DNA of 32,000 nt from Candidatus Scalindua sp. (GTDB lineage Bacteria > Planctomycetota > Brocadiia > Brocadiales > Scalinduaceae). The translations under genes and the position numbers were made by a program. Each line of letters opens with the position of its first letter. Position 1 is the stretch's first letter. Location: positions 990,001-1,022,000 of the forward strand of contig JALDRA010000001.1 of assembly GCA_031316235.1 (NCBI GenBank), written 5' to 3'. This document shows positions 6,828-16,800 of the stretch, one piece after another. The notes below the pieces were generated by a model. The model made no database searches. It saw only the letters and a program-made list of their open reading frames with translations, and had not been told where the DNA came from.

Positions 6828-9443
6828 TCATGCTAATTTTCGATTATACTTTCTGGCAGCTATGTCGAAGATAAACAGGATCATTGCCAAAGGTATGAGA
6901 TAATGTGCCAGGTCTCTAATCCTGATTATCTCTTTCTCCTCTACCACAAGCTCATCCTTTCCTGGATTGTGGATACCACCTGTGACCTCCGCGATGCTCT
7001 TGAGAACAGGTATATTGTTACCGGTATCAGAAAATTCCCGTGGTCTGCTCACCACTTTCTCTGGTACAATGAACCCCTTGATCTTCAAGTCTGTAACTTT
7101 CTTGTCTTTTATTTTTGCTATCTTGAGCATGTACGTTCCCGGAACAACATCGTGCAATTCTGTTGTAAATCTCTGAGGTGCTATTTGCTTCAGATTGAGC
7201 TCCTTGCCATCATCTTCGGGAGTTAATATGCTGACATGCATCTTTGTATCCTCTTCAAGACCCCTGGATGACTCAATAAGCAAAGAAGTTGAGTCATCTT
7301 TTGCTTCGACCTTAAGATTATAATCAGTTTTTGAAATATCTCTCATTGCCCAATGCACGATTTGAGACCAGAACTTGTCAAACTTTGACCAATTAATCCA
7401 CTTTGAAGACCACCTCGCCTCTGCATCAGAGGCATACATTACCGTCTTGCCGAGCCCATATCTCCAATTTGCCAGTATAGGGTCTGTTTTCCCCGTGATA
7501 TCTGTCGTCAACGGCACTTCGGCTTTGTCCTTTGCCTCAGTTACCGTATACCCTTTGAGAGGAGGAAGTTGCTCCTTGTAAATACCTTGTAAAATCTGGC
7601 TTTTCTGGTTCATGATAGGATAAAAATGTACTTCATGAAAATCTGATTGTGATATAAATTTTTCTGAATCCTGTATGATCAATCTGGGAAGTTTAATTAC
7701 ATCTGATATTTGATAAAATCTCCCTTTTGTCTTTTCAGCAATATCTCTTAATAATTTCGTATTCACAAGCCATTGTCCCAAGGCAATTGTTGAAACTGTT
7801 ATGTTTGCCTGTTGCAACTTGCTAATAAGGGCACCATACTGGTAGTAGATAGATCGAGTGTTTCCATCTGAAAGTAAAATAACATGGTTTGCTTCTGCAT
7901 TTGTCTGGACAATTTGTTTATGTGCAATATCGAGAGCGGGAAAGATGTCTGTTCCACCATCCGCCCGCAGTACACTCAACTTTCTGATAAGTTCTTTTTT
8001 TCCCTCTTCGATGGGTTGAAGCGGCAGTACAACGTATGGTGAGGTGTCAAACGCAACAATACCAAATTGATCATTTTTTGTTAACTGCTTAATAAGCTCA
8101 ATAGATGCCTTTTTAGCAAAGAGCATCTTCTTTCCCAGCATGCTGCCGGATTTATCAATGATTAATATGATTGAAAGCCTTGTCCGCTTTTCCTCTTTCG
8201 GTGGTGCTCCGCCAACTATCCTGACAGGTAAGATTTCTTCAACCGGCGTATCTGTGTAGCCATTTTTGGCAAAAACATTGTCTCCGCTCGTCATAACAAA
8301 GCCACCACCAAAATCCTCTACATATTTTTTAATCAGGTCCATTTGCTGGTTGTCCAATGAGTTTCTCGATACGTTCGAAAAAATCAAACAATCGTATTCC
8401 AAATACTCCTCAAGAGTCCTCGGGATTTTGGCGGGACTTACAATATCAACGGCAATTGTTTTATCTTTCAGCGCATCTGGTATAAACGTTTTTTTTGTTT
8501 TTGATCCCCTTATGTATAGCATCCGTGCCTTGCCCGTTATATTCACGAATGTGATTTTATTATTATTTCCCAAATCACTGTCAGTATCACGGTCTTCAAC
8601 ATTTATATTGGCAACAAATTTAGCAAACCCTTTTCTCTCACCTTTGTACGGAATCTCAAAAATATTGGTACCGCTTTTAAACTCGGTTTTCCACTCTTTC
8701 AAGAGATTCGCTTCTTTATGGACTGTTACACTTCCCTTAACAGCCATTTCATTTTTATTTTCAACTACAACCTGGACATCAAATGTTTCACCTTCAGTAA
8801 CATCTTTGGGCACGTTGATTACTTTTATGAATATCTCACTCTTTTTTTGCTCAGGGGGTGCAACGGTGAAGACCTTGATATCATTGTTTGCCGCCAGCCT
8901 TGCTGCTCTCAAGGCATCTCCCAGATTTTCATTCCCATCTGAAAGAAGAACAACAATTCTTGAAGAGCCTTCGGGCATCATACCAAGGGTAGCCATTATA
9001 CCACTTGATATATCTGTCCTATCGGTAGGTACGGTAAGTTCTTTATTCTCTTCCCGTACCTTTTCCAGGTGTAGAGCCTCTTTGAATTCCGGTGTGATTA
9101 TTTTAGACTCACTTCCGAAAAACACCAAACTTTTTTTTATTTTTCTATCCATATTTTTTTCTGTGTCTTTTACATAATTCCACATCCACTCTTTACTCTC
9201 CGGAGAAATACTGTCTGACATATCCATAAGAAATACAGCACTGATTTCACGTTTAGATTTCTCCTCCCACCCGAATCCGGCTAATACGAGGATAATGAGA
9301 AGGAATACAGATGTACGTAAAAGAATGGCAAGTATAGTCCTCGTTATGGATACCCGCCGATAGCCCATCATTGCCGATACCCAGAAAACAGGTAACAGAT
9401 ACAGAAGCTTTAAAAATTCCGGATTCGTAAACTGGTATTCCAT
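6828..9443 (-). CDS. Membrane-anchored double vWA-domain protein (Bat-like)
   Basis: N-terminal TM helices and two MIDAS DxSxS motifs (FLMDMSDSIS; LIIDKSGSM), each followed by LLSDGN. The central segment (YDCLIFSNVS...VEDFGGGFVMTSGDN) resembles GATase1-like inserts seen in such proteins. There is a C-terminal TM helix. Confidence 0.8.
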   Translation of the reverse strand: MEYQFTNPEFLKLLYLLPVFWVSAMMGYRRVSITRTILAILLRTSVFLLIILVLAGFGWEEKSKREISAVFLMDMSDSISPESKEWMWNYVKDTEKNMDRKIKKSLVFFGSESKIITPEFKEALHLEKVREENKELTVPTDRTDISSGIMATLGMMPEGSSRIVVLLSDGNENLGDALRAARLAANNDIKVFTVAPPEQKKSEIFIKVINVPKDVTEGETFDVQVVVENKNEMAVKGSVTVHKEANLLKEWKTEFKSGTNIFEIPYKGERKGFAKFVANINVEDRDTDSDLGNNNKITFVNITGKARMLYIRGSKTKKTFIPDALKDKTIAVDIVSPAKIPRTLEEYLEYDCLIFSNVSRNSLDNQQMDLIKKYVEDFGGGFVMTSGDNVFAKNGYTDTPVEEILPVRIVGGAPPKEEKRTRLSIILIIDKSGSMLGKKMLFAKKASIELIKQLTKNDQFGIVAFDTSPYVVLPLQPIEEGKKELIRKLSVLRADGGTDIFPALDIAHKQIVQTNAEANHVILLSDGNTRSIYYQYGALISKLQQANITVSTIALGQWLVNTKLLRDIAEKTKGRFYQISDVIKLPRLIIQDSEKFISQSDFHEVHFYPIMNQKSQILQGIYKEQLPPLKGYTVTEAKDKAEVPLTTDITGKTDPILANWRYGLGKTVMYASDAEARWSSKWINWSKFDKFWSQIVHWAMRDISKTDYNLKVEAKDDSTSLLIESSRGLEEDTKMHVSILTPEDDGKELNLKQIAPQRFTTELHDVVPGTYMLKIAKIKDKKVTDLKIKGFIVPEKVVSRPREFSDTGNNIPVLKSIAEVTGGIHNPGKDELVVEEKEIIRIRDLAHYLIPLAMILFIFDIAARKYNRKLA

Positions 9444-9557
9444 TTTTATTCTTCAAAAACCCCTCAGGAAATTGCTACATTATAAAACTGGTTGCCCTGG
9501 GTTCAACATTGTCATTATTGATAATAAAATCTCTTATCATCCACAGGTTTTTTTGAT

Positions 9558-9670
9558 TATACTCATCTCATACTGGATTTCGGATAAAATCCGAGATAAA
9601 TTTGAGCGAGTATCCCTTCACCAGGATCTGGTTTCCGGTAAAACCGAAAACCAGATCGGTTTTAGTATAT
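9558..9670 (+). repeat. Dispersed structured intergenic repeat, copy B (internal ~27-nt deletion)
   Basis: The 5' and 3' modules are nearly identical to copy A, with the hairpin at 9625-9657. It lacks the AAGTCCTCGGCGCTTTTTGTCCGGGGA segment. It sits in the 284-nt gap between two minus-strand operon genes, in the opposite orientation to them. Confidence 0.85.
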
Positions 9671-9727
9671 CCGGCCTTGATGTGGAAAATTTTACTTACC
9701 ACACCGAAAGATTTGTCAGTACAGTCT

Positions 9728-11665
9728 CTACGCTGTCCCTGTCCTTACTTTTTTATAGTACATTAACCACTCAAGCAGAAGAATAAAAGGTGTAAGCATG
9801 AGGAGATATCTGCCAAATTCATTCTTTGTGTCTTCAATGGTTGTTGAGATTTCACTCTCTTCAAAACTGAGTTCCAGATTGTCTGTTGTTTCGGACATAA
9901 GGTCAGACTCATTATCATCGAAAAGATTTGCCACAAATTTTCTCTGGATGTTCGATCCAGAAATTGTATACTCACCTACATATTCTACCTTATTAAGAAC
10001 CACATGTTCTTTTACATCATTTTTCAAACGATAAATCTCTGTTTCTCCTTTAGGGTTCAGCAATTTAATCTCACCCTGCTTTATATAGTTCACAAGATAT
10101 TGCCCACCGGTTAATATCCTGAGACTCTCTTCTTTTTCATATGGATTCAGCCATTCAATGATATTTAGGATCATGATGAGAATCTTCAGATTTTTCGACT
10201 CAGAAAAGTCAAAGCTACTCAAGTCAAAACCAAACACCATTGTTCTTTTCCCCTCATTCTCACCGGCAAAAGCTACCGTAGCATCCTTCGGTGTTCCTGC
10301 TATTTTTATAACGGGAGTTGACCAGGCAGGAGGCTTCATCTCAACAACATCCTGAATGCTTAGATTATCAAGATGGTCCAGGTGCCGCATTGTAGGATGT
10401 GTGCTGTCCCAGTCAATTATCCGGGCATTCTTACTTGACCTCATGATGGTGAAGAGAGAGCGAAGGAAAAGATTGTCTTTCCCCTTAATTTCTGATTCAG
10501 GATATGATGCAGCTGCCGGGGGTGACACATAGAGAGAGTTTACGTCCGGATTCATATTCGGCAGATATCTATGAAAGATTGCAACATCATAGTTACCGGT
10601 AACACCATGCACATAATCGGTTGTCTTAATTCTCTTCAACCTTATACGGTGTGTACTATTCTGTATTTTCTCTAATTCATTTTCAAGCCTGCTGTCATCT
10701 GAAACCAATAGAATTTTGATTGGTTTTATTTCATTTACTATCGCGTAAGCAGTATTATCAACTGAAAGAAAATCATCTGTCTCAATTTCAGCCTTTAAAA
10801 TTCCGGATGCAAACAGATTGTCAATTCTTAACGTTTTATGCTCACCGCTGAGTAATTCTATTTCTATTTTTTTAATCAATTCGTTGTTCAATAACACGTT
10901 AACAGTGACATCTTTATTCCCCTGTGAATAGTTTTTTACCGTAACATACGCCTCACGTTCTGTGTAATCCTTGAACATATCCTGGTATATATCAAAGGAA
11001 GTGATGGCAACGTTTTCGGTATTTTTCCCATAGCTCGTGAATTGTATATTGTACCCCTCCTGTCGAGAATAATCTATTGAGGACGGAGACCGGTCTGTTA
11101 ATACATAAATCTCACCTCTCTCAACATTTTTAAGAAAAGAAATACCAAGGCTGACACCTTCTTCGAGATTTGTCCCCGTATCTGTCGGTCTCAGATTCTC
11201 TAATACTTTGTTCAACTTCTGCCTGTCTTTTGTAAATTCAGTCAGAATCCTGGAAGAAGAGTCTGTAGACACAACCATCATCATATCCCCTTGGCCCAAT
11301 TTACCGACCATCTTGAGGGCATCAGCCTTTGCCTGGTCAAAACGGGAACCGTTGCTTTCCAATGTCTGCATGCTGGCGGATGAATCAATAATAAGGATGA
11401 CATTTTTCCCGGAAATATTGATAATGCTGGATTTCAGGTATGGACGAGCAAGAAAAAATACAAGAAGGAGTATCAAAAGCAGCTGTAGCAGAAAGAGAAT
11501 ATCGATTCTGAACAGCCTGCTCCGTACCACATCCTCTTTTAATACCAACCATGGCATCATGCTTGGTACTTCTACCACATTCTTTTTTTTACTGAAAAAA
11601 TAGAGGAGTACAACAAACCCAAATAATGATAGATAACCAAAGGCTATCAGATTAATAAATCCCAT
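9728..11665 (-). CDS. BatA-N (double-TM aerotolerance-regulator N-terminal) + vWA domain protein
   Basis: The N-terminus MGFINLIAFGYLSLFGFVVLLYFF...VEVPSMMPW is typical of the BatA_N double-TM domain. MIDAS motif LIIDSSASM. There is a C-terminal TM helix. Confidence 0.8.
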   Translation of the reverse strand: MGFINLIAFGYLSLFGFVVLLYFFSKKKNVVEVPSMMPWLVLKEDVVRSRLFRIDILFLLQLLLILLLVFFLARPYLKSSIINISGKNVILIIDSSASMQTLESNGSRFDQAKADALKMVGKLGQGDMMMVVSTDSSSRILTEFTKDRQKLNKVLENLRPTDTGTNLEEGVSLGISFLKNVERGEIYVLTDRSPSSIDYSRQEGYNIQFTSYGKNTENVAITSFDIYQDMFKDYTEREAYVTVKNYSQGNKDVTVNVLLNNELIKKIEIELLSGEHKTLRIDNLFASGILKAEIETDDFLSVDNTAYAIVNEIKPIKILLVSDDSRLENELEKIQNSTHRIRLKRIKTTDYVHGVTGNYDVAIFHRYLPNMNPDVNSLYVSPPAAASYPESEIKGKDNLFLRSLFTIMRSSKNARIIDWDSTHPTMRHLDHLDNLSIQDVVEMKPPAWSTPVIKIAGTPKDATVAFAGENEGKRTMVFGFDLSSFDFSESKNLKILIMILNIIEWLNPYEKEESLRILTGGQYLVNYIKQGEIKLLNPKGETEIYRLKNDVKEHVVLNKVEYVGEYTISGSNIQRKFVANLFDDNESDLMSETTDNLELSFEESEISTTIEDTKNEFGRYLLMLTPFILLLEWLMYYKKVRTGTA

Positions 11666-11719
11666 ACATTTTCATTGTTTCGTAACGTTATCCCGGGAGT
11701 GAAGCGATCCGAGGTAACG

Positions 11720-12625
11720 TTACCTTACAAACCCGATTCTCGGTAACTCCCGTAAAATAAAATCTTCAAACTTGATATGTGTCTTCGCTAACGAGTATAT
11801 TATCTTATTAACCCTGCAAAAGCGCTGGAGCTGACTATTATGCTCTTCTAACGAGTTTTTGTATCGCCTTCGATTAGCTTCGGAAAAAACGACAGACCTC
11901 TTTTCACTTGTCTCCACGTCAACGATATGGCCTTTCTTGATCTTTGAAAATGGGTCTAACTCCGTCTCACCTAAAATTTGGATCACCTTGATATCGTAAT
12001 TCTTATATCGTAAAAAGTTTAAACCTTTCCTGTAGACTTCCGGCTCCAGCATGAAATCAGATATCATCACAACAGTTCCCCTCGTCCGCTTTACGTCGTA
12101 TACGTATTTAACGATAGAATTAAAAAAGTCCAGTTTTCCTTCCGGGACAATGTTGTCTAAAAAGTCTGAGATCTTGAAGATATTTTCCTTCTTCTGGAAA
12201 AATGGTGTCCGGGTATTGAGAACAGAGTCTCCATCCGCCAGTTTCGCTACCCTGACACTATTTTTGCTTGATAATGCTATATAACTTAATGCAATCGCAA
12301 GATTCTTTGCATAATCAAATTTATTATCTTCTTTCGGGAACAGCATTGACCTGCTGGAATCCATAAGGATATGAACAGAAAGCTCTACCTCTTCTTTAAA
12401 CGTTTTTATCAGCAGCTTGTCAAGTCGTCCATAAATATTCCAATCGATATATCGAAAATCGTCTCCGGGAACATATTCCTGGTAATCGGCAAATTCGATA
12501 CTGGATCCTCTCTTGTTCACCATTTCATAATTCCCTTTTCGGCTACCAAGGTAAGTTTTCCTGCATCCAATACAGAGCGATTCAAGCTTTCGCAGAAAAG
12601 TAGCATCAAAAATATCCGCAAGCAT
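11720..12625 (-). CDS. DUF58 domain protein
   Basis: Hallmark FADYQEYVPGDDFRYIDWN motif, and the position immediately downstream of a MoxR ATPase. Confidence 0.85.
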   Translation of the reverse strand: MLADIFDATFLRKLESLCIGCRKTYLGSRKGNYEMVNKRGSSIEFADYQEYVPGDDFRYIDWNIYGRLDKLLIKTFKEEVELSVHILMDSSRSMLFPKEDNKFDYAKNLAIALSYIALSSKNSVRVAKLADGDSVLNTRTPFFQKKENIFKISDFLDNIVPEGKLDFFNSIVKYVYDVKRTRGTVVMISDFMLEPEVYRKGLNFLRYKNYDIKVIQILGETELDPFSKIKKGHIVDVETSEKRSVVFSEANRRRYKNSLEEHNSQLQRFCRVNKIIYSLAKTHIKFEDFILRELPRIGFVR

Positions 12626-12714
12626 ACGATTTTCCCCCTCAGTTACCCATTTAACATTTTATGAAAACTTCGAACAGTAAACGCTGTATCCTGAAATCTG
12701 ATACAGGATACCCA

Positions 12715-13764
12715 CTATCTACTTTCCTTCGCCTTCTCCAGTATACTCTCTATAATGTCTTTTGATTTAATACTATCAGCATCTGCTTCAAAATTTAAGA
12801 GTAATCTGTGATTAAGGGAATCCACCGCAACCTTATCAACGTCATCATAGCTTATGTTTGCCCTGTTGTCTAAAAGGGCCCTCACCTTTGCTGCCAAGAC
12901 AACAGACTGTGCACCACGCGGGCTTGATCCATAGGTTACATACCGTTTAATAAGATCTATCGTATCATCTCTCCCTGATGTCTGACTGCTGATCTCTGGA
13001 CTATCTGGATGTGTCATCGATATTATTTTTACAACATAATCCTCTACTTTCGATGAGACCAAGACATTTCTCACCAATTTTTTCATTTCTGCAACCTTTG
13101 TTGCAGCGTTTTTTTGATCAAAAAGTGGTTGAATAGCATATTTTTCGTTGACAGTTGTCTGCCTTAATATCTGCTTCAGTTCATTACTATCTGGAAAAGA
13201 GAGATTGACTTTAAAGAAAAATCTATCCAGCTGGGCCTCCGGTAAAGTGTACGTACCTTCCATCTCAATTGGATTCTGGGTTGCCAAAACAAAAAAAGGG
13301 TTTACTAATATATGGGTTTTGCCGGAGACCGTGACCTGTCCTTCTTCCATAGCCTCTAACATGGCAGATTGTGTTTTTGGCGTTGCACGATTGATTTCGT
13401 CCGCAAGAATAATGTTAGAGAATATGGGGCCTGCGGAAAATTCAAACTCCTTTCTCCCCTCACTCCTTTCCACAACTATCTGAGTACCAATAATATCGGC
13501 TGGCATCAGATCAGGAGTAAATTGTATCCTGTTGAAATTGAAGCCGAGCGCCTTGCTTAAAGACTTTACAAGTAAAGTTTTACCCAGACCGGGAACCCCT
13601 TCAAGAAGAACATGTCCTCCAGCAAAAAAAGCTGTCAGGACAGCCTTTATGATTTCTCTATTTCCTACTATCTCTTTGCCAATCTCATCACACAGACCAT
13701 TGAATACTTTCTGAAAAATCGCTATCTCTTCCTTTATGCCGATCTCATCTTCATTTTTATGCAT
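12715..13764 (-). CDS. MoxR-family AAA+ ATPase
   Basis: Walker A LLEGVPGLGKT, Walker B/sensor ILADEINRATPKTQSAMLEAMEE, and the C-terminal YGSSPRGAQ lid motif. Confidence 0.9.
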   Translation of the reverse strand: MHKNEDEIGIKEEIAIFQKVFNGLCDEIGKEIVGNREIIKAVLTAFFAGGHVLLEGVPGLGKTLLVKSLSKALGFNFNRIQFTPDLMPADIIGTQIVVERSEGRKEFEFSAGPIFSNIILADEINRATPKTQSAMLEAMEEGQVTVSGKTHILVNPFFVLATQNPIEMEGTYTLPEAQLDRFFFKVNLSFPDSNELKQILRQTTVNEKYAIQPLFDQKNAATKVAEMKKLVRNVLVSSKVEDYVVKIISMTHPDSPEISSQTSGRDDTIDLIKRYVTYGSSPRGAQSVVLAAKVRALLDNRANISYDDVDKVAVDSLNHRLLLNFEADADSIKSKDIIESILEKAKESR

Positions 13765-13858
13765 AATTACCTGTTTCTCCTCTGCTCAAAAACCCCCGCT
13801 GTAGTATGAAATATAATAAAAAATGGAATCACGCATTCAACTGAAATTGTTGAAACAC

Positions 13859-16800
13859 CTACTCCTTCTCAATATAAATCTTCTTGATTATTTCTTCATA
13901 TTCCAGTGGTATCGAAGTATTTTCTATTGCATCATCTTCTGCCTGCCGGGTACTGAGTTCTGCCGTATCATCGTAACCAACAGTTGGTAACCTCCTTTTC
14001 ACAGAGGCCTCTCCCTTCCCAGAAGATATTGATTCCCTTTTTGTTCCACTTTCGTCCCTGGTTCCCCTTACATTTAATCCAAACTTTTCAGCATCTTCAG
14101 AAGATTCAATTTTTTCAGGTTCTGAAGAGTAGAGTTCACCCCCCGGTTGACTTCCACCTGGTCCGGAGGTTTCTTTGATGTTTCCCTGCAACTCCCTGAC
14201 CCCTTTTTGTTCCTCTGATTCGATACTTCTCTGTTTCTGCCGGGCTAAATCCTTCATATCATCTTTTATGGACGCATCTCCTCCTTCAGAACTACTCTCA
14301 CCAGATGTATCAACCCCCATTTGCTTCTCAAGGTCTGATATTTGAGTAGAGAGCTCTTTCATTTGATTAGAGATTTCTCTCTTTAAATCAGCAACATCCA
14401 TCTTTTTGCCTTGAGAACCAGATTTCTGTCCGGTTTCCAGGCCCGATGTCTGACCCGCCTCTGCTCCCGCCTTCTGACCTGCTTCACTCCCAGCTTCCTG
14501 CCCGGCTTGTTGGCCCGCCTCTGCACCTGCTTGCTGACCGGACTCTGATCCGGCTTGTTGGCCTGCTTCACTCCCAGCCTTCTGACCCGCTTCTGAACCC
14601 GCCTGCTGGCCTGCTTCCGTTCCGGCTTGTTGACCTGACTCTGCCCCTGCTTGTTGACCAGCTTCTGTTCCCGCCTGCTGGCCTGCTTCACTCCCAACCT
14701 CCTGACCCGCTTCGCTTCCGGCTTGTTGGCCTGCCTCAGTTCCTGCCTTCTGGCCTGCTTCTGAACCCGCCTGCTGGTCCGCTTCACTTCCGGCCTGTTG
14801 GCCCGCATCTGCACCTGCCTGCTGACCGGACTCTGATCCGGCTTGTTGACCCACCTCAGTTCCTGCCTGCTGGCCTGCTTCACTCCCAGCTTCTGTTCCT
14901 GCTTGTTGGCCTGGCTCTACTCCAGCCTCCTGGCCTGCCTCTGTTCCTGATTTCTGTCCTGTCTCTGCCCCTGCTTGTTGCCCGGACTCGGATCCGGTTT
15001 GTTGACCCGCTTCTGAACCCGCCTGCTGGCCTGCTTCACTCCCAGCTTCCTGACCCGCTTCCGTTCCGGCTTGTTGGTCCGCCTCTGCACCTGCTAGCTG
15101 ACCGGACTCGGATCCGGCTTGTTGACCCACCTCAGTTCCTGCCTCCTGCTCTGCTCCACTCCCAGCTTCCTGCCCGGCTTCTGAACCTGCTTGTTGGCCT
15201 GATTCTGCTCCCGCCTCCTGACCTGCTTCCATTCCGGCTTGTTGGCCTGCCTCAGTTCCTGCCTTCTGCTCTGCTCCACTCCCAGCTTCCTGCCCGGCTT
15301 CTGTTCCCGCTTGTTGGCCTGATTCTGCTCCCGCCTTCTGCCCGGCTTCTGTTCCGGCTTGTTGGCCAGCCTCTGCACCTGCTTGCTGACCGGACTCAGA
15401 TCCGGTTTGTTGACCCGCTTCTGTTCCTGCCTTCTGGCTCGCTCCGCTTCCGGCTTGTTGGCCCGCCTCACCTCCAGCTTCCTGGCCTGCCTCTGTTCCT
15501 GATTTCTGTCCTGCCCCTGCCCCTGCTTGTTGCCCGGACTCGGATCCGGTTTGTTGACCCGCTTCTGAACCCGCCTGCTGGCCTGCTTCACTCCCAGCTT
15601 CCTGACCCGCTTCCGTTCCGGCTTGTTGACCCGCCTCTGCACCTGCTTCTCTTCCGGCTTGTTGACCCGCTGCACTTCCCGCCTGCTGACCCGCTCCGCT
15701 TCCGGCTTGTTGGCCCGCATCTGCCCCTGCTTGCTGACCGGACTCGGATCCGGCTTGTTGGCCTGCCTCAGTTCCTGCCTTCTGCTCTGCTGCACTCCCC
15801 GCCTGCTGGCCCGCTTCACTTCCGGCTTGTTGGCCCGCATCTGCTCCCGCCTTCTGGCCTGTTTTACTTCCAGGTTCCTGACTGTCATCTGATCCTGCCT
15901 TCTGTCCTGCCTCTGCCCCTGCTTGTTGACCAGCTTCTGTTCCCGCCTGCTGGCCTGACTCTGCACCAGCTTGTTGTCCAGCGTCTGAACCAGCCTTTTG
16001 TCCGGCGTCTGTCCCCTCCTGTTGTTCGTCCTCTGAACCGGATTGTTGTCTGCTTTCACTACCTGGCTTTTGATCGGTTTCTGAACCCTCCTGTTGTTCA
16101 GTATCTGTACCTTCCTGTTCTCCAGACTCTGAGCTCTCCTGCTGTTCCGCTTCCATACCCGATTTTTCTCGCGTTGTTTCACTTTGTGGAGAACCGGAAG
16201 TATCCTTTGATGGGGATGATTTACTCTCCTCTTCTTGCCCCGACTTATCCTGTTGACCACCAGCCTGGTCTTTGTTGACATCTTCTATAGGAATATCAAT
16301 TGGAGGAGGCGAACTCTCTTTGTCTTTGTTTGACATGAACAGTTGTGCAAGTTTTTGCAACAATTTCGATTTCGGCGCCCTGGGTATCTTTTCCTCCTCT
16401 TGACTTTCAGGCGGTTTTTGATCAGGAGTCTCTTTCTCTTGAGCCAGAGCATTCTCCGTCTTTGGCTGCTCCTGCTCTTTTTTTTGACTTTCAGACGGTT
16501 TTGCTTCAGACTTTTCTCTCTCCTTTTGAGAAACCTCCGCTCTCTTTTCCTCCTCACTCTCTTTTCTCTCCGCTGGTTCCGTGTCTCTTTCTGCCGTCTG
16601 GTTTGGTTGTTCCTCTCTCTGCTGGTTTTCTTGTTTATCCACGTCAGAAATCTCTGCACCCTTACTCTTGTCTTCACTGCCAGGTTTCGTTGTATTATCC
16701 AGATTATTCAGAGTATTGTTAAGGTTACTCAGCAGCTCAGAAACCTCTTCTTCTAACGTCTTTGTTTCATCCGGCCGTTCGCCCATTTTTGACAGAGCCT

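Noticed and set aside
8266-9177. 303-aa plus-strand ORF antisense to the double-vWA gene
   Set aside because: The translation is Ser/Leu/Phe-rich and low-complexity, typical of the antisense of an AT-rich K/E/N-rich gene. The minus-strand frame carries clear MIDAS/vWA motifs.
9472-9786. 104-aa ORF in the BatA/vWA spacer; similarly 17740-17955(+), 19282-19464(+) and 30484-30773 (both strands)
   Set aside because: All are translations of dispersed-repeat copies plus flanking spacer. The copies differ by frame-breaking indels, so the repeat is not protein-coding.
14383-16281. Very long alternative-frame and antisense ORFs (14446-16278 +, 610 aa; 15094-16281 -, 395 aa; 14383-14883 -; 15623-15892 +)
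   Set aside because: They all lie inside the 24-nt tandem array, where the periodic GC-rich sequence simply lacks stop codons in every frame. Their translations are low-complexity (LLxPPAGL..., RRxQKxVNKP...) with no start context. The 13859-17599 minus frame alone connects a TM anchor and non-repetitive termini.
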